Shown here piece by piece: positions 8,894-17,375 of a stretch of DNA of 49,952 nt. The notes below the pieces were generated by a model that ran no database searches, was not told where the DNA came from, and was given only the letters and a program-made list of their open reading frames with translations. Every line of letters begins with the position of its first letter. The first letter of the stretch is position 1. This stretch comes from Candidatus Omnitrophota bacterium. GTDB lineage: Bacteria; Omnitrophota; Gorgyraeia; Gygaellales; Profunditerraquicolaceae. The translations under genes were made by a program, and so were the position numbers. The stretch spans positions 1-49,952 of the forward strand of contig JBAZIT010000001.1 of NCBI GenBank assembly GCA_041651675.1, written 5' to 3'.

Positions 8894-10189
8894 TTACCAT
8901 TTCAGGTTCCAGTCAACCTGTAATACCTGCTGCGGGACAAAGCTTCCAGAAGTCCCCGCAGACGCAGACCTGGAGAGCGCTTCTGCCCAATAATAGTCTA
9001 TAACCAGGCTGGAATTCTTGCCTAACCCGTATTCAAGAACTGCCTCAACGCTCTTCATATTGGTTTTGCCGTTATAGCGGTCAGAATCCGGCAGGATATC
9101 CAGCCAGGCATCTCTTCCGAGCTTAGCAAAGAGGATCTTTGCCTGCCACTGTTTCCAGCCGCCGACTTTTTCCGAACCAAACTTGACCCCGGCATCAAAA
9201 CCGCTTTTGCCCGTGTCAGGATCAGGGTTATAAATAAAATCCCCGAATATACCCAGATAGGGGATATATTTACCAAGCACAGGCACTCCGGCAAACGGAT
9301 CCTTGATCCCCATTTCAGCGCTGGGGTTAAAAGAATTATAGTTATATTTATAGTTACCGCTGGTTGATGTCGCGCCGGTTGTAGAGTTGGTCCCGCTGCT
9401 ATTAGTGAACCTGGGCCTGTCTTTTAAACCGGTGAAAAAATATCCGGCAACCGCGCCCTTAAAGTTTATCTTGTCCTGCCAGTTATACCTTATTCCTGGC
9501 TGAACCACGAACATTGTGCGGCCGGAATTACTCTCGCTATCTTGAGTTAAAGCGAAGACCTCCCCGTTCAAGAATAACCCCAGGTAAGGATTCAGATTGT
9601 AGTCTAACTGCGCGCTTACGCCTTCCGGATTCAGGTCGCCATCCCACAATAAATCGTTTGGCTGCCAGATAGGATTCTTGAATTTACCTCCGGTAAAGGT
9701 CAGCCAGGTAGTCGGCGAATACGAACCATAAGCGTAATCCAGAATAATGGATTTAAATGAGGCAGGGCCGTTAGAATCGGCAATCGTAGCGTTGGTGGAA
9801 CGCGGGTTAGAGGTTGAACCGGTTGCCATACCTATTCCCACTTTCATCTGGTCGTTGATCTTTGTATCCAGGCCTAAACGCACCCTGATCTGGCCCTTGC
9901 TGTCGTCTTTTATGCCTTTTTGTTTGGTATAAGCATACCTCAAGCGGAAATCACCTTTCATCTTAACCTTCTGAAGCCATTCGGGAAGCAGGTCATATTT
10001 AGCCTGGGATATCTCCTTACGGATCTCTTCTTTGGTCTCCGCCTTGACCTGCTGAGCTTCGCCCGCAGTCAAAACTCCTTTTTCGACCAATTTTTGCAAT
10101 AACAAATCTATTTCGCCGGCAAAAGAACTGCCGACTAAACATAGAACCGTAAATCCTGACGCCGCCAGCACTGCTAAAAACTTCTTCAT
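8894..10189 (-). CDS. outer-membrane beta-barrel porin, phosphate-linked by context
   Basis: 431 aa. It has a signal peptide, an N-terminal helical plug (LLQKLVEKGVLTAGEAQQV), alternating beta-strand pattern and a C-terminal aromatic residue (NLKW). It lies 31 nt upstream of pstS. Confidence 0.65.
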   Translation of the reverse strand: MKKFLAVLAASGFTVLCLVGSSFAGEIDLLLQKLVEKGVLTAGEAQQVKAETKEEIRKEISQAKYDLLPEWLQKVKMKGDFRLRYAYTKQKGIKDDSKGQIRVRLGLDTKINDQMKVGIGMATGSTSNPRSTNATIADSNGPASFKSIILDYAYGSYSPTTWLTFTGGKFKNPIWQPNDLLWDGDLNPEGVSAQLDYNLNPYLGLFLNGEVFALTQDSESNSGRTMFVVQPGIRYNWQDKINFKGAVAGYFFTGLKDRPRFTNSSGTNSTTGATSTSGNYKYNYNSFNPSAEMGIKDPFAGVPVLGKYIPYLGIFGDFIYNPDPDTGKSGFDAGVKFGSEKVGGWKQWQAKILFAKLGRDAWLDILPDSDRYNGKTNMKSVEAVLEYGLGKNSSLVIDYYWAEALSRSASAGTSGSFVPQQVLQVDWNLKW

Positions 10190-10202
10190 TTTCTTCCTCC
10201 CT

Positions 10203-10220
10203 GCCTGCCGGTAGGCAGGC
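10203..10220 (-). other. GC-rich hairpin just upstream of the porin SD
   Basis: GCCTGCC-4 nt-GGCAGGC stem-loop with no U-tract. In mRNA sense it is followed by AGGGAGGAAGAAAATG. Confidence 0.4.
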
Positions 10221-10233
10221 TTTAACTAGGTTG

Positions 10234-10425
10234 CTAGTTATTGTTTAAACATGATTTCCTAATGGTACGTAAAGTCATTTCTATCTGCCTCAGAGATTCA
10301 TCTGCATAGCCAGAATCAATTTGTCCTTCTTCCTCTATACTCTCAAGGACATTGCGCAGCCGGCTAAGCTGGGAACGCAGATGGCTGGCTAGAAAATCAC
10401 GGCGAATTGGAGACATGGCTTGCAT
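10234..10425 (-). CDS. hypothetical small helical protein (63 aa)
   Basis: The tracked ORF starts at a TTG. An internal ATG (10423-10425) is preceded by a strong AAAGGAGGTG SD. I recognise no family. Confidence 0.5.
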   Translation of the reverse strand: MQAMSPIRRDFLASHLRSQLSRLRNVLESIEEEGQIDSGYADESLRQIEMTLRTIRKSCLNNN

Positions 10426-10426
10426 C

Positions 10427-10564
10427 TTAATCTTCACCTCCTTTAGCTGGTCCGGCGCCAAGAATACGCCTGTTCAGCTCGTTGACTCTTGCTGATTCCT
10501 GGTCGATAATTTTATCCAGAACTTCTTTCGGTAGATCGGTCATCATTTTTAATATGCGCTTCAT
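10427..10564 (-). CDS. small ORF A (45 aa), candidate leader or small protein
   Basis: MKRILKMMTDLPKEVLDKIIDQESARVNELNRRILGAGPAKGGED. The TAA stop lies 1 nt before the next ATG. It is paralogous to small ORF B. It falls below the ORF-track length cut-off, so I translated it by hand. Confidence 0.4.
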   Translation of the reverse strand: MKRILKMMTDLPKEVLDKIIDQESARVNELNRRILGAGPAKGGED

Positions 10565-10579
10565 TTTTACTTTACCTGG

Positions 10580-10634
10580 ATTATAAAACACCGGGGTTAA
10601 ATCCGCTTCAAGCGAAAGTAAAATCTAAGTAAAA
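10580..10634 (-). promoter_or_regulatory. Pho-box-like direct-repeat array plus -10 (module A)
   Basis: Minus-sense TTTTACT(10634-10628), TTTTACT(10623-10617), CTTGAAG(10612-10606) and TTTAACC(10601-10595), all in 11-bp register, followed by TATAAT at 10585-10580. Confidence 0.45.
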
Positions 10635-10636
10635 TA

Positions 10637-11041
10637 TCATTTCTGTTTAACTGTAAATTCCTTATCCCGCAGCGCCCTGATTTCCCTGACGGCATCCAGT
10701 AATATATTGACGCTAAACGGCTTGGCGAAATAACAATCCGCGCCCATAATATGCGCGTAGAGTTTATCCTGAAGAGTATGCTTTGCGCTTACCACGATGA
10801 CGAACGTCCCCGAAGGATTATTTTCGCTCTTTATCTCCCGGCAGATATCAAAGCCGTTGATACCCGGAAGCATTATGTCAACTATCGCTATATCAAAATA
10901 TTCCTTTTTCAATCTTTCGACTGCGCCGCAACCGTCAAAAACCTGCTCCACCAGGAAACCTTCCTTACGCAAGTTATACGCAATGAGCGTGCTGATATCC
11001 TTATCATCTTCCACTATAATAATCTTAGCCTGGTTTTTCAT
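10637..11041 (-). CDS. stand-alone response-regulator receiver domain protein (CheY-like, PhoB-receiver paralogue)
   Basis: 134 aa. It has the acidic pocket EDD, phosphoacceptor D in IVDIMLPG, SAK and the conserved K in AKPF. There is no output domain. Confidence 0.9.
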   Translation of the reverse strand: MKNQAKIIIVEDDKDISTLIAYNLRKEGFLVEQVFDGCGAVERLKKEYFDIAIVDIMLPGINGFDICREIKSENNPSGTFVIVVSAKHTLQDKLYAHIMGADCYFAKPFSVNILLDAVREIRALRDKEFTVKQK

Positions 11042-11044
11042 CTG

Positions 11045-11152
11045 TTAGGCGTATTGTTGATAGAAATAATCCATTTCAATTATTTCATCGTCAATAATTT
11101 TCTTAATGTAGCGGGTCATCTTTAACCATATTTTTCGGATTTTTCTTTTCAT
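11045..11152 (-). CDS. small ORF B (35 aa), candidate leader or small protein
   Basis: MKRKIRKIWLKMTRYIKKIIDDEIIEMDYFYQQYA. The TAA stop is 3 nt before the receiver ATG, which has no SD of its own. Translated by hand. Confidence 0.35.
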   Translation of the reverse strand: MKRKIRKIWLKMTRYIKKIIDDEIIEMDYFYQQYA

Positions 11153-11158
11153 GGCTAA

Positions 11159-11213
11159 AGTATAAAGGAAGGCTGTTAAGCGCGCTTCAAGGGTAAGTAA
11201 AATGCAGGTAAAG
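11159..11213 (-). promoter_or_regulatory. Pho-box-like direct-repeat array plus -10 (module B)
   Basis: Minus-sense CTTTACC, TTTTACT, CTTGAAG and CTTAACA in 11-bp register, then TATACT at 11164-11159, 6 nt from ATG 11152. Spacing is the same as in module A. Confidence 0.45.
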
Positions 11214-11236
11214 TTTTTGGGGGTTAAAACGGGACT

Positions 11237-13012
11237 CTATTTAGCGAGGGTAAACCAGAATTTTGAACCGATGCCTTCGGTGCTTTCTACTCCGACGGAT
11301 CCGCCGTGCAGTTCTACGATATGCTTGACGATAGACAGGCCCAGGCCGGTCCCCCCGAGTTCGCGCGAGCGCGCTTTATCCACCCGGTAGAACCGTTCAA
11401 AAATACGCGGTATATCTTTGGCAGGAATGCCGATACCGGAATCTTCCACGCTGATCTTTATTTTACCGCCTGTCTCTTCGGCATAAATCCTGACCGAGCC
11501 TTTTTCCTTATTGAATTTTACGGCGTTATCCAGGAGATTAGTAAATACCTGTCTTATCCTGCCCTTATCCGCTTTCAGGCGGATATCCGGGGAAAGCTCA
11601 TTTTCTATCGCAATGCCCTTCTTTTTTGCCAGGGAGCTGAACCAGGCGATGATCTCGTCCAATTCATGAGCCGGGCTGATCTCTTCCTTCGCCAGGACCA
11701 TCTCTTTTGACTCCAAGCCCGATAATGCAAGCAGGTCATTGACTAAACTATCCAGCCGTTCTGCGTGGCCCTGGATTATCTTCAGGAAACTGCGGTTATT
11801 TTCCTTGTCCTCAAGGGCGCCCTCAAGGAGTGTCTCCACAAAACCTTTTATGGAAGTAAGCGGCGTCTTCAGCTCGTGGGATACATTAGCCACAAAATCG
11901 CGGCGGATATTTTCCAGCCTCCTTACCTCGCTTATATCATGGATGACCAAAAGGCATCCGTTTATCCGGTCTTTTTCAAATAAGGGCGAGGCATTGACCT
12001 GGAATACCTTCTGCACCGGATAGACCAGCGCAAGCTCGCTGGAAAAAAATCTTTTTTCCTCCAGGACTACCCGGATGATCTCCGCCATATCGGTATTGCG
12101 GATGACCTCCAAAAACGGCCTGCCTTTAGCCTTGCGGCTGGCAATACTGAAAATCTCTTCGATGGCCTGGTTAACTGAAACTATACCTCCGGATTTATCC
12201 GTAACGATTATACCTTCAACCATGTTCTGGAAAATAGTCTTAAGCTGCTGGTTTTGTGCTTCTATTTCCTTAATCTTGTTTTCCATATCCTGGGCCATCC
12301 TGTTCAACGTGGAAGCCAGCTCGCCGATCTCATCGCGTGAATCATAATATACCCTCTGGCTGAAATCGCCTTCCGCAAACCTGCGCGAGGCATTGATGAT
12401 TTTATTCAGGGGCCTGGTTATACTGGTTATCAAGACATAGGCTAAAATAAGCGCTAAGCACAACGCCAAAAAGATATTCAGTACAATTGTTTTACGGATA
12501 GCAGACATCATGCTCTGGACATTGCCTACCGGTAAAGCTAACCGGATTATCCCGGCTATTCCCTCCTTAGCCCTGATCGGCAAAGCCACATACAACATGT
12601 CTATTTTGAGGGTCGCCGAATAGCGTATATTATCGCCGGTTAACCCCATTAAAGCTGTTTTTACTTCCGGGCGGCTAGCGTGGTTCTCTATATTTATAAC
12701 TTCACCCCGGGATAAACCTGAATCAGCCAAAACTCTGCCCTGATTATCAATAATGGTAATCCGGGAATCATTCCTTAGGCTTAAGCCTTTAACCAGGGCT
12801 TCTAAATTGGCTGTATTTTCTTTTTTCAAGCTTTCCGGCGGGATCTGGTTTTCAATAAGCCGGGCCTGGGTGATAATTGAATTCTTCAAGTCTTGCAGCG
12901 AGTGATTTTCCAGCTGTTTATCCAGGAAAAATGCGGTAAATCCGAATGCGATAAGGATTATCGCTACATAAGAAAAAAGCAGCCGGTATTTAAAACTCTT
13001 ATAGAACTGCAC
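11237..13012 (-). CDS. phoR: phosphate-regulon-type sensor histidine kinase (PhoR-like)
   Basis: 591 aa with two TM segments, HAMP, PAS, H-box SHELKTPL, and N/G1/G2 ATPase boxes. The start is GTG, overlapping the phoB TAG by 1 nt. Confidence 0.85.
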   Translation of the reverse strand: MQFYKSFKYRLLFSYVAIILIAFGFTAFFLDKQLENHSLQDLKNSIITQARLIENQIPPESLKKENTANLEALVKGLSLRNDSRITIIDNQGRVLADSGLSRGEVINIENHASRPEVKTALMGLTGDNIRYSATLKIDMLYVALPIRAKEGIAGIIRLALPVGNVQSMMSAIRKTIVLNIFLALCLALILAYVLITSITRPLNKIINASRRFAEGDFSQRVYYDSRDEIGELASTLNRMAQDMENKIKEIEAQNQQLKTIFQNMVEGIIVTDKSGGIVSVNQAIEEIFSIASRKAKGRPFLEVIRNTDMAEIIRVVLEEKRFFSSELALVYPVQKVFQVNASPLFEKDRINGCLLVIHDISEVRRLENIRRDFVANVSHELKTPLTSIKGFVETLLEGALEDKENNRSFLKIIQGHAERLDSLVNDLLALSGLESKEMVLAKEEISPAHELDEIIAWFSSLAKKKGIAIENELSPDIRLKADKGRIRQVFTNLLDNAVKFNKEKGSVRIYAEETGGKIKISVEDSGIGIPAKDIPRIFERFYRVDKARSRELGGTGLGLSIVKHIVELHGGSVGVESTEGIGSKFWFTLAK

Positions 13013-13707
13013 TAATCTTCCTCCCGGTCAAAACGATAACCGTAATTTTTAACGGTGATGATACGCCTGGCCTCGCCTTTTAATTTCTTGCGCAAAGTCC
13101 GGATGTGCACGTCTACGGTGCGCGTCTGGATCTCTATAGCGTGGTCAAAACCCCAGATATTGTCCAGGAGATAATCCCTGGAAAGGACCCTGCCTTTTGC
13201 CCCGATCAGGGTTTTCAACAGTTCAAACTCTTTCGCGGTAAGTTCAACGGGTTTATTTTTGACGCTGACGCTGATCTTGGCAAAATCTATAGCTAAGCCG
13301 CCTATTTTCAATAATTCCGGCAGCTTATCCTTCTCTTTCATCCGCCGCAGCACTGCCTTAATCCTGGCGATGAGTTCGCGGGGGCTAAAAGGCTTAGTCA
13401 CATAATCATCAGCTCCTAATTCCAGCCCGATAATTTTATCCGTTTCCTGCGCTTTGGCAGTGAGCATAATAACGGGGATGTGCGCGGTTTTTCTCTCGGC
13501 CTTGAGCGCCTTACAAACGTCCAAACCGTTCAGGCCGGGAAGCATAAGGTCAAGAACAATAAGTTCGGGCTGGTGCCTGACTGCCGCATCCAGGGCATCA
13601 TCTCCGTCATTAACGGAAAAAGGAGTAAACCCTTCTTTCTTCAGGTTATACTCCAGCATCTTCACTATGTCTTTTTCGTCTTCTACGATCAGGATTTTAT
13701 CCATCAT
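13012..13707 (-). CDS. phoB: OmpR/PhoB-family response regulator
   Basis: 231 aa. Receiver domain plus a winged-helix output domain (LTAKEFELL...GYRF). It is adjacent to phoR. Confidence 0.9.
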   Translation of the reverse strand: MMDKILIVEDEKDIVKMLEYNLKKEGFTPFSVNDGDDALDAAVRHQPELIVLDLMLPGLNGLDVCKALKAERKTAHIPVIMLTAKAQETDKIIGLELGADDYVTKPFSPRELIARIKAVLRRMKEKDKLPELLKIGGLAIDFAKISVSVKNKPVELTAKEFELLKTLIGAKGRVLSRDYLLDNIWGFDHAIEIQTRTVDVHIRTLRKKLKGEARRIITVKNYGYRFDREED

Positions 13708-13722
13708 CCATTCTCCTGCCGC

Positions 13723-14652
13723 TCAATTATATCCGCGAGCTGACTGGTTCTGATAGTAATTATAGGCTGATAAGGCAATATCCGAAATAAGTTTTTTTGC
13801 GCTGCCGGCAGTCTTGCTTTTATGCCTGACCAGGACACAGATCAGGAAATCTCCCTTACGGGTATAAACTATGCCTACATCATGGCAGATCCGCCTCTCT
13901 AAACCGGTCTTGTGCGCGATGAATGCCCCGTCTTTAGGGAGTTTTTTAGGGATGCGGTCATTGATCTTCTGTTCGCCGAGCAGGATTAGGCACTGTTCGG
14001 ATACTTCTTTATTCAAAAAATCTTTATGGTAAAGCTTTTCCAATAAAAAAGCCATGTCTCGGGCGGTCGTATAATTTTCCTGGCCCCTTCTCCTTTTACT
14101 GAAATCCATCATCTTACGCACTAGATTAGTATCTTTTAACCCCATCTTCTTAAAATACGCATTTAACGTATCAAAACCTAAATAGCTGATCAGGAGGTTA
14201 GTGGCGGAATTATCGCTCTGGGTGATCATAGGACTCAGCAGATCTTCCACCTGAAAGCGGCTCCCGGCAGGAAAATTCCCCAATACCTTTGAACCGGCTA
14301 CCTTATCGCTGCCCTTAAGGGCCAGAACATCTTTAAAGCTTATCCTGCCTTCTTGAGCGGCGTAGAAATAAGATAACATAATGGGGATCTTGACTAAACT
14401 TGCCGCGGGAAGCGCAACTTCTTCGTTCTGGGTTATCTCCCAGCCCGTATCCAAGTCTTTAACCACTATACTCACGGTCCCTGGAAAATGCAGGGCCTTA
14501 GCCTTAAGTTTTTTCTCTAGGGCTAACCAGGCTGCTTTTCTTTTGGCTAATATTTTCCCTGCCTGATAGCTCTTGTATGCCTCATATGAAAAAAATATAC
14601 CCGCGCTGAAAAAACAAAAAGCAATTATTAAAAGTATTATCTTCCTTCTCAT
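13723..14652 (-). CDS. class A beta-lactamase-like serine hydrolase, membrane anchored
   Basis: 309 aa. SLVK (SxxK), SDN and KTG motifs occur in the correct order. There is an N-terminal TM segment. Confidence 0.75.
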   Translation of the reverse strand: MRRKIILLIIAFCFFSAGIFFSYEAYKSYQAGKILAKRKAAWLALEKKLKAKALHFPGTVSIVVKDLDTGWEITQNEEVALPAASLVKIPIMLSYFYAAQEGRISFKDVLALKGSDKVAGSKVLGNFPAGSRFQVEDLLSPMITQSDNSATNLLISYLGFDTLNAYFKKMGLKDTNLVRKMMDFSKRRRGQENYTTARDMAFLLEKLYHKDFLNKEVSEQCLILLGEQKINDRIPKKLPKDGAFIAHKTGLERRICHDVGIVYTRKGDFLICVLVRHKSKTAGSAKKLISDIALSAYNYYQNQSARGYN

Positions 14653-15392
14653 GGCTGCGGCTGGGCCATGAGTTCACTGATCGTCACAAACCTGTAGCCT
14701 TTTTCTTCTAATTTTTTGACTAAGCGAGGGATAGTTTTGATTGTTTGGGTGCGATTTCCTCCCTCGGCGGTAAAGACCCCTCCGCTGTCATGGAAAAGAA
14801 TAATATCCCCGGGTTGGATGCGTTTTAAAATATAGGAAGTGATCTGCTTGTCATGATAAGTTACCCAGTCTTTGGAATTTAACGACCATAGAACAATCTT
14901 ATACCCCATCTCCTCAATCTTTTTCTTTTCCCTGGAGGAAAGCCAGGCCTTGGGAGGCCGGAAATACCGGGTATTCTGGCCGGTCACGGTTTTAATCGCC
15001 TTTTCCGCATCCTTAATTTCTTTTTCCAGTTCTTCCATCTTATAATAGATCAGGACATGGTGGTCATAGGTATGGTTTCCTATCTCATGGCCTTCGGCTA
15101 AAACCTGCCTGGCGATCTCCGGGTATCTTTCTACGTGGTTGCCCAGCATAAAGAAAGTCGCCTTGACCTGCGCTTTTTTGAGTTCATCCAATACCTGCGG
15201 GGTCCACTCCGGGCTGGGCCCGTCATCAAAGGTGAGGGCCACGACCTTATCCGCACGCTTGGCGCGGTAAAAAGTCCCTTTACGCACGAAGACTGCCTCA
15301 TCAAAAAATAAAGAGAGGATAAAAAAACACACAGCTAAGATAATCAGGACAACAATTATTAAAACTACTTTCTTAAAGATTTTTTTTACCAT
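14649..15392 (-). CDS. polysaccharide deacetylase (NodB homology domain)
   Basis: 247 aa with TFDDGP, HEIGNHTYDH and RPP motifs. There is an N-terminal TM anchor. Confidence 0.85.
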   Translation of the reverse strand: MVKKIFKKVVLIIVVLIILAVCFFILSLFFDEAVFVRKGTFYRAKRADKVVALTFDDGPSPEWTPQVLDELKKAQVKATFFMLGNHVERYPEIARQVLAEGHEIGNHTYDHHVLIYYKMEELEKEIKDAEKAIKTVTGQNTRYFRPPKAWLSSREKKKIEEMGYKIVLWSLNSKDWVTYHDKQITSYILKRIQPGDIILFHDSGGVFTAEGGNRTQTIKTIPRLVKKLEEKGYRFVTISELMAQPQP

Positions 15393-15396
15393 AATT

Positions 15397-17127
15397 CTAC
15401 CTTAATATTATCAAATTAAGCGCTCCGCCCATAATAATGCTGACAGCGATCATGATCAGGGTTGCTTTGAGCACATCCCAGACCCCTAATTCTTTCCAGA
15501 GGACGATGAAAGTAGCTATACAGGGAAAAGAAACCGCCAATAACGTTACCGCGATAAACAATTGCTTGACAGAAAGCCCCAGGGGCGTCAGCATGCCGGC
15601 AGCGACATCCTTTCTTAAAAAACCGATGGCCAGGGCAGCTACCGCTTCTTTAGGCAATCCGAACAGGCCGGTAACCAACGGCGCAAATATGCCGGTTACA
15701 AAATCAAACAACCTGAAATATAAAAGAATGTTGATTACTAAAACACCGGCCAGAACAACCGGCACTGCCTCGATCAAGAAGCCCTTAATGCGGAAAAAAA
15801 GCTTTTTGGCGAGTATATTCAACGGTGGAAACCTGTAAGGAGGGATTTCTAATAGAAATTCCGGGCTATATCCAGATAAGGAACGGTTCAGGATCATCCC
15901 TAATATCAAGATCAGAGAAAATAAAACCAGGTAAACTCCGGCCACATAGAATCCTCCGAATGTGCCCAACAGGCCGAAGATCATTGCCTGCAAAGGCACG
16001 CAGGGCACGCCTATGGAAATCAGCGTTGAAGCGATAAACCTTTCGCGCTTGGATTCCAGGACCCGCGTAGCTAAAATGCCCGGGACATTACACCCCAGAC
16101 CCAGAAGTACCGGGATTATCGCATAACCATGCAGCCCTAACCGGTGTAAGAGATTGTCTAATAATATGGCCAGGCGCGGTAAATACCCTATGTCTTCCAG
16201 CAGGCTGAGGACAAAATAAAAGGATATAACATAAGGCAGAACCATCCCGAATTCAATGTAAGGAGCCGTAGTTAAAAGGCCCAGAGACTGTTTAAAATCG
16301 ATCTTTCCGTTGATCAAATCGCCGATCAGCAAATGAAACCAAAAACCGTTCTCCTGCCAATGCGAAGTTAATTTTTCCAGGAGCGGCTGGAAAAAATTAA
16401 AGAACAACGGATCAGTTAGCTTGGTAATTATCCCCTCTCCGATAAAGCGCACAAATTTAAATGCGGCATAGATTACCCCTGCCGCCATGATCAAGCCGCT
16501 AACCGGGCGCACCGACACATCCTCTAAAATCTCCCTCAAGCTATGGTGCCGGTGTTCCAGGCGCTGCGCCTGCTCAATGATCCGGCCGATCTCTTTCCAG
16601 CGCTCTTCATGAGTAAGGACGCCTCTTGAAACAGGCACTGCTTCTTTTATTCTTTCGATCAATAATTTGATCCCTGAGCCGGTAATCGCACAGGTTGGAA
16701 TAACTGGAATATGCAAGAATTCTTCTAATTTAGAAATGTCTATATGCACTCCCTTATGCCCGGCCTCGTCGCACATATTTAAGCAGGCGATCACCGGAAA
16801 ACCTCCCTCGATCAGTTGTAAGGTAAGTAGCAGGTTTCTTTCCAGGTTGGTTGAATCCAGGATGTTGATTACGACAATCTCATCTTTAGCGTATTCTTTC
16901 AGCAGAGAGACTGCCACTTCCTCCGCGGAAGAGGTCGGTTCTAACGAATAGGTCCCCGGAAGGTCCACCACCTCTATCTTCTCCCGGCCTGTCTGCAAAT
17001 ACCCTTTGCTGATCTCTACGGTGGTTCCCGGATAATTTGAAGAAATAACCTGGACTCCGGTGAGGCGCGAAAATACCACGCTCTTGCCTACATTCGGATT
17101 TCCAATGAGATAAATCTTTTTTATCAT
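15397..17127 (-). CDS. feoB: ferrous iron transporter FeoB
   Basis: 576 aa. N-terminal G-domain GNPNVGKS...DLPG followed by a polytopic membrane domain. Confidence 0.9.
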   Translation of the reverse strand: MIKKIYLIGNPNVGKSVVFSRLTGVQVISSNYPGTTVEISKGYLQTGREKIEVVDLPGTYSLEPTSSAEEVAVSLLKEYAKDEIVVINILDSTNLERNLLLTLQLIEGGFPVIACLNMCDEAGHKGVHIDISKLEEFLHIPVIPTCAITGSGIKLLIERIKEAVPVSRGVLTHEERWKEIGRIIEQAQRLEHRHHSLREILEDVSVRPVSGLIMAAGVIYAAFKFVRFIGEGIITKLTDPLFFNFFQPLLEKLTSHWQENGFWFHLLIGDLINGKIDFKQSLGLLTTAPYIEFGMVLPYVISFYFVLSLLEDIGYLPRLAILLDNLLHRLGLHGYAIIPVLLGLGCNVPGILATRVLESKRERFIASTLISIGVPCVPLQAMIFGLLGTFGGFYVAGVYLVLFSLILILGMILNRSLSGYSPEFLLEIPPYRFPPLNILAKKLFFRIKGFLIEAVPVVLAGVLVINILLYFRLFDFVTGIFAPLVTGLFGLPKEAVAALAIGFLRKDVAAGMLTPLGLSVKQLFIAVTLLAVSFPCIATFIVLWKELGVWDVLKATLIMIAVSIIMGGALNLIILR

Positions 17128-17357
17128 ACTGCCTCAACAATGATCTTTGCGGCTACGCCGTGCCCTAAGGCCAGGATGCTCCTGCCGGACTTGATCACCA
17201 CCGGGCCCCTTAAGCCGATATGGCTGAGCTTAAGCAGCTCCCTTCCTTTATGCACGCCCATATTCATCAGCCGGTCCTGCAGATTCTGGCCGCCCAGGAT
17301 CTCGATGACTTTGGCTTTATGGTTGGTTTTTATCTGGGCCAGGGATATTTTTTTCAT
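17124..17357 (-). CDS. feoA: FeoA family protein
   Basis: 77 aa SH3-like FeoA pattern. ATGA overlap with feoB. Confidence 0.85.
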   Translation of the reverse strand: MKKISLAQIKTNHKAKVIEILGGQNLQDRLMNMGVHKGRELLKLSHIGLRGPVVIKSGRSILALGHGVAAKIIVEAV

Positions 17358-17375
17358 GCTTTCCTTATTTTATAT

